A DNA stretch of 64,000 nt from Parasitella parasitica NRRL 2501 (lineage: Eukaryota > Fungi > Mucoromycota): assembly GCA_025201805.1 (NCBI GenBank), contig MU619237.1, positions 489,552 through 553,551 on the forward strand, written 5' to 3'. The position numbers were made by a program, and so were the translations under genes. A model generated the notes under the pieces. The model was given only the letters and a program-made list of their open reading frames with translations, searched no databases and was not told the origin of the DNA. Shown in pieces: positions 40,353 through 54,058 of this stretch. The first letter of the stretch is position 1. Each line of letters starts with the position of its first letter.

Positions 40353-40830
40353 ATTTTTATACGAATCACAAAATAAGCAGAGCAAAGAAAGAAACGATAA
40401 AATAACTGAATTACACCAATTTTATTGTTTTTACTTGTTTTAGTATTGACCACGCCTCTGATGTAGGTTGGGGGGAGGAGGCCCAATCACAGTGCACATC
40501 AAACCTGTATTGATTTTGGTATTAGAAAACGTGCTTAAATGACATATACATACATATCAAATTTTTGTACATTATCAAATCCATTGCATGTATATATTTC
40601 ATGCAAAGAAGCCTCCGTTCCAATCTCTTTCTTATCTTCAAATACACACAATAATTGAAAAAGCTGAATCTGTGAGTATAGTGACCTAGCCTTATTTTCA
40701 TATGCAGTTGCCTCTGTGTTCCTGAGTAGATACTTCTACAATAATACTACATGGGAAATTATAACCCCAGGGGTTTTTGATAGTGTCATGAGAATATAAA
40801 AAAGTCATTATACAATGAGTATGGTTTATT

Positions 40831-42990
40831 TTAGACAAAAGGCTCCAAGTTAATTTCAATAGCAGTAGTAGGATTAGATAAGTCAAAATTTTCAAGGACA
40901 AGAGGATGAAGAACGCCGAAGGAGCCGATTCTGCAAGCCTTGCGAGACTTGGTTTCAGGGCAGATGTATCTCAAAAAGATATGGGCAGAGCGGCCGGGGA
41001 AGAAGGTGGAATCAATGGCCTCTTCGATCCAATAGCCTAGCTCAGAAGTGTCGTTCTTGTGGATTCTAGAGGTACTGAGCATAGTCATAATACGATCCAA
41101 AAGACCGTGAATGATCTAATATTAAAACAAACATTTAGTCTCTAATCTATATCAACTATAGTTGTAATTACCTCGAAACCAGATGTCTTGGATGTATAAG
41201 TAGCACAAAGATGTCTTTCATTTCTGGCTCTACGTTCACGGGTTTCATCCTTATAACCAACATCAGAAACTTCAAATGTCTTGATGGGCAAAGGCAATTT
41301 TTTGTTCGAGTTCAAAGTCTTCAAAATACCGGGCAAAAGAGAGGTGCGAACAACTTGATATTCAACTGTCTTGGGGTTGGCAAGCTGGATGGCAGTTTTG
41401 CTGTCATCAGCACGGTTAAGATATTTGAAGTTTTCGTCGTGAGAACACTATTGACGAGTATCAGTAAGCTTGCAAAAATCACAGCGCGATATGACTTACC
41501 AAAATCAAAGGAGCAACTTCAGTGAAGCCAGCCATGGCTACCTCCTTGCGAACATGATCACTCAATTTGTTTAAAGGTAAAGCTGATCCAAAGGTATTAA
41601 CATTGGGCATCTTCTTGGGCAAATTATCGTAGCCATATGAAATAGCAACGTCTTCCATAATATCACAAGCATGCAAGATATCCCAGCGAGTTGGGGGGAC
41701 ATTGACAAGAACCTCATTGCTGTCCTCGCAGCTCAGGCTAGCATCCAAAGACATTCTATTCAAAAGACGACATATCTCTTCACCGGGAAGCTCAAGGCCA
41801 GTGCAAGAATTGATATAATCAATCTTAGCACTTGCCTTGCGAGGGGCCAAATCAGGGAAGAATTTAACAGTGTCGTCGGGATAGACAATTTCGACAGGTT
41901 CAATGCTGTTTAGAAAATGCGTTAGTTTTACATGCAATTCTCTTAAGAAAGGCTATCAATCCATACGTAAAAGGCTCAGCGCAGTATTCAGAAAACATGG
42001 TGACCAAAGTGTTCAAAGCAGTGCTAGCTTTGTGTTCGTCGGTAGCAGTGATTTCGATCAAAACGTTCTTGGTATTCATAGTAATCTTGGAATGCTCAGA
42101 ATTGATGATAGGAGGAAGAGAGCAAACAGTGCGCTTGGAATCAAGAACAACAGGATAGACGGGAGAATCACGAATGATGTGAAGGAACTTGCCGAGATGC
42201 TTGTCTTCCTACAAACCATCCATAAAACGGTGTCAACAATGCCATTTTCCAAAAAAAAAATCTCCATAAAAAACTTACAGCGTAAAGGTCCATCAATTCA
42301 TCGCCATCAACCTCAACATCCTTATTCAAAGGAACAAATTTGATATCATTGTGAGGTAAAGCTTCGTATGTGAAGGGGCCCTGAATGGTGTCTAAATCAT
42401 GAGTACCCATAGAAGCAAGAGTTCTCTTGCTACATTGTGCATTGCAATATTGTTAGGACTGTCTTTCAAGCTCCCAAGAGATGAGTCATGATGTATTGAA
42501 CGCTTACCGACAAATGTTATTGTGAAGTTTATCTTGAAGATCGATGAAAGAAGCATAGTTTTCAGCGGTAAAAGTGATATTACGCAAAACAGCACCAACA
42601 ATGAAGGGACGGATTTTTTGGGTCTGGATACAGATACACACCAGGTTAAAACTACAAATCTTTGCACCAAACATATCTAATACTTACAGACTCCAAAACA
42701 CGGATTTGCTGGAGCTTACCATCAGCAGGTTTGACAACCTTATATACAGGAGGCTTCGCCTTGTCTTCAAAAACGCGAAGAGCACGAGCAAGACCTTCTT
42801 GACATAACAAATCATATCTTGCACAAAATCAGATTAATAGAACGAATGCCGCCAATTGATGCGAATAAAAAGTTACCTGTTGGCAGGAATATCAATCTTC
42901 AGAAGAGCCCTTTCAGACAATTGCTCGGCATCCTTGCTGCCTTCCTTTTCAGCAATCTCTCTTTCAGAAGTCTATGCATTNNNNNNNNNN

Positions 42991-43031
<41 letters not shown>

Positions 43032-43355
43032 AAAGTGTTAGACATGTTACTTTTAATTGCTTGCATATATCAACACAAATCAACATTGAATTCCCAGTAT
43101 TTCAAAAGTGCAGAGATATGTTGTTCAATATTAAATTATGTCGATTTATTGCGGCTGTTGTCAAGGTTGTTGCGTACATCTTCTTCAAGTTCAATACCGA
43201 AACGGAAACAAAGTTCGAAAAACTCTTGAGATGCTATGTACAAATGAAATGTGTTGATGTTCAAAATGTATCGTATCCTGACTTATACGTCTCTTACTGT
43301 AATCTCTCTCAAGGGCCTCGAAAAGAGCCAACTTGTCGATGTTAACGGTAGGCAT
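40831..43355 (-). CDS. FRS1: Cytoplasmic phenylalanyl-tRNA synthetase beta subunit (spliced)
   Basis: MPTVNIDK start, [64 protein letters not shown] and [11 protein letters not shown]. Confidence 0.96.
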
Positions 43356-44129
43356 ATTTATTGACTTTTTTGTCGTATTGGTCAGGACACAAAAGAAGAG
43401 ATGTTGGAACTGACAGTGAAAAAAATTATAGATGTCTCTCCAGTGGCTTGGGCTAATTTCAATTACGGTACAGAGTACAATGGCGGTTTCCGTATGCTTT
43501 TTATTTTTGTTTCAAGTACGCTATATGCAAACTAGATATCATGCGTAAATGATGAGCAACTGCAATCAAGTCTTCCGTATTAGATATGCCTTTTGAATGC
43601 TCTTCTATGGATGGAAATGGACAGTATTCGTTCATCAAAATCCATTCATATTGCGGCATTCAATAAATTCCAATTCTAATTGATAGTCTTGCTACTCTCA
43701 AGTTTCCCCCCTTACTATAGATTAACTTGATCTCTCTTCTTTTATCTCCATGAGGACTCGCCAAAAAATACATTGCAAAGGATTTTTTCGCAATTTTTTC
43801 TGAAAATGCCATGATGTGATTAGTACGCGATGATCAGGCTTAGAAGGAAAGTACGGAGACAGTGGTGGTCTAAAAGTAAAGCGAAGTAGTTTTTTACATA
43901 TGTCGTTGATTCATTTTAATTGAAATATTTGGATCAAGTTTCGATGCTTTTTTACATGTTGGTGACAATGGAAGACAAGGCAAGCTGTTTTCTTGGCTTC
44001 TTGGTAAAACCGTGGATCCCAATATTGTTCAAGATGAGCACTATCCAAAGTCGTAGTAAACGAAAGCCTTCTTTGACAGTATAGTAATGTCCATGTCAAC
44101 AAACATTGATCATTTCGCATAAAAATTTT

Positions 44130-45830
44130 GGCTGCAGGTTGTGTTTCAAGCGTTTAATTTGCAAAGGTACTACTAGAGATTGCAGATTGTGCGAGGATAA
44201 AGATAATATTTCAGACTTGGTAGTATCTACTTCATCCAGAAACGAAGGTATATAAAAATGGGTTTTGAGTCTGTATTATTCAGTATCTCAGCTATCGATT
44301 CATATCAAGACATACCCAAGTTACATAGTAAAATCATGCTTTGCTCTTGAAATGAAAATAGGTGGTGCCCTCATTTACAGCCAAAAAAAAGGCTGTAAAT
44401 TGAATCTCAGCACTATGTTCCCATTTGACCCAAACCAGATTCGTACTTTTTTGCATAGTTCATTTGCTAGATATCTCATAAAGTTAATAGGTATATTGGA
44501 TATACGAACTAAGTATTTTATAACAAAAAATAAATTCTGTATCTAACCATATAGATTAAAAGACTATAGGAACAACTTTTCTTATTACCAATTTTCAAAT
44601 ATTCAAAAAACGCCATTTTTGATAGTTTTTGAGTACAATCAAGCATATTTTGAGCACATTTAGCTCTATGAAATTAACCAAATAAACCATCATGTCAATA
44701 CCTACATTTTAATATTTTTTTCATGACTGTAGCTTTATTATTTCTGCTAAAAATTAAAATCTTGTCTCGACCAAATCAATCGACGAATTTCCAGCCCTAC
44801 GCTTATAGGGCCAAAATGGAACCATTCAAAAGAGTAAAAAACCACACTGTTTTTTGCCATTATCTTGCTCAAAAATTGGTATTTCTTAACCAAATAATAA
44901 CCGTTCGGTAGCTATTTTGTAGATCTATGTTTTTATTGCTATATCATGTTTATTTGAGTACCATTTATTGCTCTGAAAGTTATAAAAATAAATCAAGCCT
45001 CTGCTAAAAACATATGAAAAAAGATTTTTTTCGATATATCTATCTAAAAATAATACATCTAGTAGAGAATCAGGTTTCAAAAAGATTTTAATAATCACTC
45101 AAGCCAAAGTGTTATAGTAGTTTGTTGAGAAACAGGCGGACAAAGTTTAACCTAAAAAGACAAAATTGGCTCAAGCTTGTCGAATTCATGCTACAATACG
45201 ACATTCTTACTACCAGTAGATGCACCAACGTTTGCTTTATTACTTTGCTTAAAAACTTGAACTTGATTTAGTAGAAAAATTTGATCCTTGTTATAGGACC
45301 ATATGCTGCAAAATCTGCAAAATCTGCAAAATTTGGTTTTGGGAATATCTTGACAGCAAATATAGATATCGAGAATCGGAGGTCTTAGTGAGGTACAGTT
45401 ATCATACTAGTACTTGAATGTATACTTGGTTTGGACCCCTAATCCGTACCTAAAAATGACCCTGAAGGTTGACCCAAAGTTGAAAATTGAAAATCGAATA
45501 TAAGGTTTAGGGTCCAAACATAGCAAAATCTGAAAAATGGTCAGAGATGCACAAAACTTGGATATGCTCCAGAATGGTGCAAAAAAAGAAGATTTTGGCT
45601 AAAGGTTGTGTCTCTATCGCTTAATATTTGCAAAGGTATTAGAGATTGCAGATTACGCCTTTAAGCGGGGAAAAAAGGAATGGTTTAAATTGTGTACAAT
45701 CCATTTTAACCAAACATGAAGCTAAATAAAATTGGGTTTCAGGTTTATATTCTACAGCATTTCAGCGATCAATTTATGTTAAGGCTTTTTAATTTACCTA
45801 TTGCGATCATGCTTTGCTCGTCAGTTGAAA
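44130..45830 (+). repeat. Repeat R1 copy B; near-identical core 44245-45537, reverse complement of copy A
   Basis: Direct comparison with 27530-28822 showed only isolated substitutions (e.g. gatattc vs gacattc near 45202). Similarity drops clearly in the flanks. Confidence 0.93.
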
Positions 45831-46429
45831 AAAAAGCCGAGCATGTGTTAAGTTTAAGACATGAAGGCTAGAAGATGCAGCTAAAGCTCTAAATTCTTGA
45901 TACGCGTGAAAATTACCTTAAAAAGATCAAGGATAATCAATCACAAGAGTGTAATATTAAGGTTTATTCTGTCAATGTAACGACGCTAGTATGATCTTGT
46001 CCATGAAAGCCAACTTCTTGAGTATTCTGTCAATTATGGCTAATGAGCATTATCAATGCCAATGCATGAAATGTTAATGAGACTTGGCAGCTTTGCTACG
46101 CTTTGCAATCATCAAAAATAATACTCTACTCGTTTGACTATTGCATATAGTATGGCATTCATGTTCAGCTATTGCAGCAGTGTGCGATATACTGGAGAAA
46201 ACGTTTAGGGAAATAATTGAACGCAGTATTCATTAATATATGCAGATTATCATGTTGAAGATGTCAAATCTTTGACCTCTTGAAATACCCAAGGACATAT
46301 CGACACCTATAGACAGGTAAGATCGTATGAAAGATGGTCACATACTACACGCGATAGGGATAGAACAGACTCTGAGTCTTTGTTTCATCATGTTGCGCGT
46401 TTGATGTTGATTGTTCAGAAAAGTGCATA

Positions 46430-49197
46430 ATGGGAAAAGCATTCGAGAATCTTGTTCGAGATATTCAGAGCAAGCTGCATATTCTCTTTCTCAAAAAATC
46501 TGACAGCAATCCTGGAAGGTCAGCAATGATCGAAGCAACCAAGATCCCATGGTAAGTATGCACAATTTTTGACAGCTTGAATCCTAAACAAGTATGTAAC
46601 AGGTCCTGGGTTGCTGTGAGCATTGCAAACGTGCTCTCGGAATATCCAACAGGGTTAACGGATACTGTGCTTTTGTCTATGTTGGAACTGATGGTAATTG
46701 AATCAAGCAGACACAAGCTACTACAGTAATTGCATTGATTGTAACACTCTTTGTGCAGTGGGAAAAGACATTTATTAAGCGATTCAAAGGGTTCGATAAG
46801 AGTAATAATACGTCGATTGAACTATGATGAAATGCTAAATCAACGCAAACGGTATCTAGGCTTCAGCACAATCCAAGCAGTCTATGATACAGCATTTGCA
46901 GAAACGCTTATTTTAGAAGTGAAGACAGTCTCCTGGGAGCTGATAGAAGGCGCCAAAAATTATATCCTTTGATTATTTGTAGATCTCACCTCCTATTTTT
47001 TATATTAACATATGCTATTGCTCCTTAACTGACATTTCTAACCACATCAAATCACTGTGACAGATGAAGCAAAGAATCGTGAATTAGACATTTATATGCA
47101 TCCCAAATTCAATGAGTGGATTACTTATTCAAACGAAAACCTCCAGTTTTTCACAAATCGAAAAATACGAATAATCTGTCCACCCAAAGCCAATGCGCCA
47201 ATCTTGAACAAATACAAAGATGCCAGCATTGCCAGAAGATATCGAGTCGCATCCATACCCCCAACTGAACTGCTATTGATTATGCTGGATAGAAATGACA
47301 GAACATTTGTACAGCAAGAACTTCCCCACAGGATCAAAGACATCAGCAAATCAACCACATACCGTCTATGGCTTAAAGTAATACATGTTGAAGTGATCAT
47401 ACATACAACTCCTACACCCAACTTGGACCCTTCGGGGGAATCTAAATCTCAACGAACAGATATTTTTTTGGTTGACATGAGCAGCGATTCCGCGCCTGTA
47501 GTTCTGTCATTGTACGACAAGCAGACAAAACTAGCGTCCATCTTTCGACGAAACGACTATATTGGGTTATATAAACCAGTACTGAAACGAGGACCGTCGC
47601 AGGATATAGCATTCGAGTATGCCAGTGACACAGTCATTTTCCTGATGCCAGAAAAAGAAGCACAGGAGGCTTCCCTCGCAAAGATAAATTTATCAACCTT
47701 ACCTAGCCAAGACGATGTTTTTTCGTACGCCACAGATCCTAAACGAGATATTGCGGAACGTGATGAAGAGGCAAGATGCACACATCGTCTTAAACAATTT
47801 CTGCTGATTGCAAATTTAGGGATTTTTGGATTGCTCCGGTTATACGCAACGTATTTATGTCCAAGATCTGGTGCATCGTATGCTGAACGTGACCCTATTG
47901 GGAAAAGTTGTTGGTTTAGCAAACAATGTATGTATGTGCAAAAGGCGCAAGGGAAAAAAAAAGACATACTCACTTACGTTCTTTAGAATCCTTTTATCAA
48001 GCAGGCTGAAGGCGGGACAAGCCAAAAAATGGACCGATATGCGATTCGCATTGCTGATCCCACAGGTAAATCAAGAAAGAAAAAAAACCAAAAAAAACAC
48101 GTGTATCTATTTTTACCAAATATCTTTCGAAAGGAAGGATGGATATTACGCTTTGGGAGGATGCTGGCCGTGATTCTCGAAAACTGAGGGTGGGGCAATA
48201 CGTGTTGCTGGAGCATTTAGTCACTTCTGACAGACATGAAGCAGCGGACAAAACTATGGTGTGGTATGTAAATGGCAGCGTTGTATGCGGCACCAAGATT
48301 TACAATGGTAAGTATGTATGCGTTGAGATGAAAGATCGGGTTGGCTGACTATTGCGATACAGTTTCCACCCTGAATTGCTTAATTTCAAGCACAAATTTT
48401 CGTTCTACCATTCCATTATGGCATGCCAAAGAAAACAAAACCGACCATTTCCAAGCCGAAGGCATGATAGTTGGATGGGAATTGTATCTAAATTCAGGGC
48501 AACAGCCTGTACTCAGCAGCACATGTCCGCAATCAAACAAAACCGACTTTTTAGATTATTCGTTAAGTGACCGTATCACCACCATTGCTCGCAAGTAGTT
48601 TTTCTCCAATTGGCTGTACCCGCTACTCACACTCAAAATAGATGCAACTTGTTTATTACCACGAAGTGGAAATGATTGCAAATTCTGCGGTTGTCAAATC
48701 GAAAATGATGTGGTACACATATTTAGACCTAAACCAAGCGTGGCCGATGAAAGCAATTGCAGCGCTGCAAGGCGTGGCTGGGAAGGCTGGTTAGAATGGA
48801 GCCTTGACGATGGAACAAGCATATGTAAGGTGTATGGAGGAGAGGAGGTACGAATTTGTATTATTATTAGAGCGCTCTCCTTTTGACAATAATAGCACTT
48901 CTTTATTATGATCATACAGACGTTATTGAATGTTACCACACCTCATTTTAGAGACATGTCGCACCAATCTCAAATCCAGCTATTGAACAGTGTTATAGGC
49001 ACTCAGATCTTATGTTCGCTCAGTGTAAGCTTCCTTGTTAGCATGTCTATCGAAAATTTGCTTACTTTTAAAAATTATAGGGAAGTAGTACATCCGCTTA
49101 CAGGTTGGAGCAGATGACCCTATTTGAACCAACTGAACAGGAGTGCAGGTTCATTTTAGAAGCAGTGTCGAAAAAAGATCACAAAATAGAAGACTGA
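46430..49197 (+). CDS. Multi-OB-fold nucleic-acid-binding protein resembling the S. pombe Cdc24 / plant CDC24-OB family (spliced)
   Basis: LSLYDKQTKLASIF...FEYASDTVIFLMP...ERDEEGFLDCSGYTQRIYVQDL...VTLLGKV, IADPTG-RMDITLWEDAG (OB beta-strand pattern), and an H..C...CKFCGC zinc ribbon ahead of EWSLDDGT. Family recalled, not searched. Confidence 0.65.
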
Positions 49198-49416
49198 GAG
49201 AGAACTGGTCTTCTTTAGGCACTTTGAACGTGTTTTCAATGTATCACAAAATGAACAAGGATACAGCAATATATAATATCCTCACTGCAGCATATAAAAT
49301 GAGTGGGGGCTTCTGTTTTCATTTACTCTTCTTTTTGCTCTTCTTTCTACCTCTTCCTTGATATACTCGATAATCACTTTCATCCACTCTTCTCCACTAT
49401 CCTTAATAAAATCACA

Positions 49417-50327
49417 ATGAAGTTCTCTCTGCTTTCTGCTGCCGGTCTTTTTGCTGCCATCAATCAAGCTGCCGCTGTCACAGTAAGGGCTATTCTTTGT
49501 TCTTATTTTCCTGATCTATAATACTCAGCGTTTTTCTGCACTTTAGATTGTTACTCCCTGGGCAAACACAGTTTGGGTAAGCTTGCTTTTCAGTATCTTG
49601 TTTTAAAAAATTCAGTATTGATACATTGTATTCAGTCTTCCGGCGGACATGGCTTGATCAGCTGGAATACTACCGCTGCTGATGCTGGCCTCAAATGCGA
49701 CATCTACATGTTGAATGGTGAATTCACCAACTCCAAGTAATGCATTTACCCACAATCAAAGTTAGACGCAGTTTTGTTAACTCTTTGTAATGTAGCATTG
49801 TCGCCCAAATCACTGATCCTTCCACTCCTGTTGACTGTAGCATTGGCTCTTATGATGTAGGACAAATTTAATTGTGTTTTTCCAGAATGTGAGATCCTAA
49901 CTCAATATTAGATGTATCCATTGAATGACTTCTCCAGTGGGTCATACTGGATCCGCATTGGCCAGGCCTCAACTAGTACTTGGGCCTACTCCTCTCCCTT
50001 CCAATTCAATGGCACTGGCTCTGCCCGGCCTGTTTGTACGTATCAATTTGTAATATGCAAAAATAAATATTCATGTATTCTGGATTAGCTATCGTTAGCG
50101 GTGCATCCACTGCTGCCGTTCCTACTGGTACTGCTGCTGCCGCTGCTTCTGCTTCTGTCACTGGGAAGGTCATTCCCACTGCTGCCCCTGGCGCTGGTAA
50201 CAAGGTTGCCTCTGCGGGTGCCTCTCCGTCTGCTAGCGCCTCTTCATCCAGTGCTGCTGCTACAATCCCCATCAATGCTGCTGCTGTTGCCTTGGGTGCA
50301 ATTGCTGCCGTTGCTTTAACACTTTAA
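49417..50327 (+). CDS. Secreted GPI-anchored Ala/Ser/Thr-rich cell-wall protein with a Kre9/Knh1-like N-terminal Ig-like domain (6 exons)
   Basis: Signal peptide MKFSLLSAAGLFAAINQAAA, then IVTPWANTVW...ISW...YWIRIG...YSSPF, an A/S/T stalk and a hydrophobic C-terminal GPI signal. Confidence 0.8.
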
Positions 50328-51319
50328 ATTTACCCCCCCCCCCTCCCCGTCACTCCCTCCCTCCCTCCCCCTTTCGCTCTCTAATACACAAAAACACGCA
50401 TCCCTATTTTTCGTTTTACTTGCAGAATGAAACTGTACGATTATTCACAATCTTAATTTTTATTACTATCTTATAAAGAAGTTAACATTAATACAGACAT
50501 ATTTGTATTATTGTATTTGTTATAAACATACATTACACAGAACATATTAAATTTGTACAAATGATAGTCTGCGAAGATCACCTTTACATATCACAGGAAA
50601 AGAAGTAACCATGAAACGCTGAAAGCCATCTCGCTATACTGTACGATACAGTTACGAGGAGATTATGGGTGGCAAAAGAGACACAATGCTAGCTTTACTG
50701 CATAAGCTATTCTCTTCTTGACTGAATGTTGATTTGCCACTGTAGAAATAGGAAATAGCTAAAAGGAGGGAAGCCAAGATAAAAAGGGGCTTTAGGTTGC
50801 AGAAGGTTGATTTTCATGTTGAGCACGCACCACAACTGAAGTCACCACACCGTATATGTAGTGTTTCATGAATGAGCCAAGCAACATGCAATGCACCTCT
50901 GAATGATTCATGACACGTTTTTTCATTGTCCAAAATTCATGTTTCAATACATGAACATATACCAATCTACTTGTTTACAGTACAGAGTCCTTCAATTTGC
51001 CCCTTTTTAGATATAGCGATGGTTTGATATATTCTGTAACACACAATATTTGAAAGTGCAAACAGCAAATTCAGGGGATTTCAGTGTGGAAGGAGGAAAA
51101 ACCCACAATTCAGAATGAATGCCTTGTACATAGAGAAACAAAACTCTGTAAGGCTAGCGGCGTTCTGTTACGTTGTTTTGATGCAGAGACGTTTTGTACA
51201 CAAACACATAAACAAAACAAAAAAAACATCAAAAAATGATGGATTCCCCTCTTTAATGTTTCCAAGAATACTTGAATTTCTTGTATAATTGCTCTTCTCC
51301 TCATGTATTGTAGGGCTTG

Positions 51320-51322
<3 letters not shown>

Positions 51323-51353
<31 letters not shown>
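51323..51353. repeat. (CT)n microsatellite upstream of the kinase gene
   Basis: Read directly. Confidence 0.9.
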
Positions 51354-51357
<4 letters not shown>

Positions 51358-51764
51358 TTCCTCCTTTTTACCGATGAGAAATTGAAGATCTTTTTGCAAC
51401 GGACACCTTATGAAGATCTCTGTTGTGCTTTATCGTTCAACTGTGGCATGATCTTGCTATAATAATAATAAAACAGATACAGGCAGATCATTTTTATGTT
51501 TATCCTTAAAAAGCTGTTTTCTTTTATTTACCTTCTCCTTGATATATACACATAAACAGAAAACTATCCTAACGTATATTTTTGTTTAGTGTATTTAAAA
51601 CGTTCAAGTCAATTTCCCTCTGTTTTCTTCTCTTCTCTCTTACTCCCCCCCCCCCTTCCCCTATTTTTTTGTTATTTATATAGAACTAGTTTTTTTTTTT
51701 CTTTTCTCTCTCTCTCTTCTCTGTATCATACACCCCTTTATCACCGTTGTCAATATACATACAA

Positions 51765-54058
51765 ATGACACTTTCCTTTAAAAAAAACCTAGTTGTAAAT
51801 GAAGAAGGAAAGAAGAAGAAGCAAGTAGAGAGACAATCCTCCACCAAAACCACCGCCACCGTTTTTGGTAACAACCAAGACAACTATTTGAATGGTATTG
51901 GATCTTATGAATTCATAAAATCACTTGGAAGTGGAAAGTTCAGTCGAGTTATGCTTGCATACCACCTGGAAACGCATCAACAAGTAGCTATCAAAGTAAG
52001 AGCACTCGTAATTCGCTATACATGAATACCTCCTAAGCAAATAATAGATTATAGACAAACAAGCCCATGATTATAGAGTCATGTCGAGATTAGTGCGAGA
52101 GATTACCATCATGGAATTGCTGCAACATGATAGTATTGTGAAGTTGTACGAGACGTTTGAAAGCTGCGATTCGCTATTTTTAGTCATGGAGTATGTTCCT
52201 GGTTGGAACTTGGATGAATACTTGCAAAAAAAGTCAGAGGGAGCACTGGACGAACACGAGGCTCGTCATTTATTCAGACAACTGGTAGCAGCTGTTGACT
52301 ATTGTCATCATAAATGGGTTGTGCATCGTGATTTAAAGGTACATTGCATAGAATCGACTGCATATAATTCTAACGCTAACATAAATGCTAGACTCCGAAT
52401 ATACTGATAACACCGGATGGGGATGTCAAATTGGCTGATTTTGGTCTAGGAAATCGATATGGCTTACAGAGATTGCGTACAATTTGCGGCTCCATGCTGT
52501 ATTATAGTCCAGAAATTATCACTGGTCAAAAGTATTATGGTCCTGAAGTAGATTGCTGGTGCCTGGGCATCACTTTATTTCGAATGACAGCTGGATTTGA
52601 GCCATTTTCCCATGCTCACAGTAAGTCAAAGGCATATGGTAGGTGAGTGCCATACTAAACATAAATATAGCTGTAGGAGAGCTCAAAAGAGATGTATGCA
52701 AATGCAACTTTCCAATGCCGAGTACGCTAAGTCCGGCGCTTCAAGACACAATTAGAAAGTGCCTGCAAGTTGATCGCAGAAAAAGAATGACGATTCGACA
52801 AGTCTTGAAAGACGATCCGTGGTTGACAAATTTAGGCAAACTGTCCTGTCCTGTTTCAGGCTCGCCAAAGACGGTATTCGAAGAGACGATGGTAGCTGCC
52901 GATGACGAAAAAGAGAATAGAGATGAAAAAACTCGTAAACAGTTTATGAAAGACCTTGAAAGAGATTCGCAAAATCCCAATAAAGTGAAAAGAACTGTCA
53001 TTTACCATCCAATCAACCCCTCGACGTATTATACAACAAAGGCAGGCTCATCTCAGTCAATCACCTCATCAAATCAGGTTCAAAACGTGGAGCTATTGCG
53101 ATCTGAACTGCTGCAATCTATCAGGTCGCGTGCTCGTCGTTTGGGTATAAAATCAGCAGAGCGTTGGGAGCTGAGATCACCTGTAAAATTACTATTTTCG
53201 TCGTTACATCCACTGCCGCTTAAAAAGAAGGACCTTGCACCTACTCCACCCAATAGATCTATTGCCGAATTAGTGCAGCGCATAGCCAAAGACCAAGTTT
53301 ATCATTTTCAATTAACCAATCAGCATGTGCATGATCTGTCTCAAACCTCTCACCCACCTTCCTTGTCCTCTTCCACAACAGGCTCCTCCATTTTAAGCAG
53401 CAGCGTGGCGGATGACAGTGCATTAGCAAACATGGACGATGACACTGAAAGAAAGTCAAGCAGAGACGTAATGACCTTATTGAAACAAACATGTCAGCTC
53501 ATGGGTATCACATATGTACAAGACTCTCCTGTATCGCTACATTGTGTGCTGACTCTTAGAAGTAGTCCCAAAAAGACACTCAACAGCACTTCATCTACAT
53601 CAACCTCTACCACTCTCAAGAACCCAACAGCAGCATCAACCTCCACTTCGACAACAAGACATACGCGCAAGCATAGCCAAACAAGCAGTGTAGGTACTAA
53701 TCTGGGTGCCAATATCGATGAACATCAGTCTAATAATGGGCGATACAAGCGAATGTCTCTTCCTTTGCTCTCACATTTAACGTCTTCCATGACAACATCT
53801 TTTTTCGGCCGTGGTAAACCTCGTCATTCCATGGATGAAAGTGCAACCATTGCACATGCACAGCCTCAGCAGCAAATGAAGAAGAGGAGACAAAAAGAGG
53901 GTATTGCCATGTTCACTATTGAAATTGAAGGACACAAGAAACGAACTGATAAGGTCAGCTTGAGGTTTTCTAAACAACAAGGCTCTAGCACTGTATTCAA
54001 AATGGCTGGCGGTTGGGTAGCTGGCGTCATGGCTTTAGATGGTAAACTTGGTCGGTAG
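51765..54058 (+). CDS. Ser/Thr protein kinase, CAMK group (Kin1/MARK/Snf1-related) (spliced)
   Basis: GSGKFS, VAIK, HRDLK, DFG, TICGSMLYYSPE and DCWCLG, with a possible KA1-like C-terminus. Confidence 0.9.

Noticed and set aside
39889-40443. Long antisense ORFs over real genes (e.g. 39889-40443, 5011-5406, 47557-47973)
   Set aside because: Shadow ORFs of coding exons on the opposite strand with no independent support.
23936-42990. N runs at ~23937, ~25249 and ~42981 and the poly-Lys/poly-Phe ORFs
   Set aside because: These are assembly gaps at homopolymers; the K/F-run ORFs are translations of intronic or UTR A/T tracts.
43911-44120. Possible hAT transposase relic (ACAATATTG-G-GATCCACGGTTT reads TILDPRF with one frameshift)
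   Set aside because: A single short motif that needs a frameshift, with no other hAT motifs readable nearby.
27100-45830. Giant cargo-carrying transposon (Starship or Pack-TIR) bounded by the R1 inverted repeats
   Set aside because: No tyrosine recombinase or transposase at either end and no TSD seen. The outer termini are the most diverged parts, and the content is ordinary housekeeping genes.
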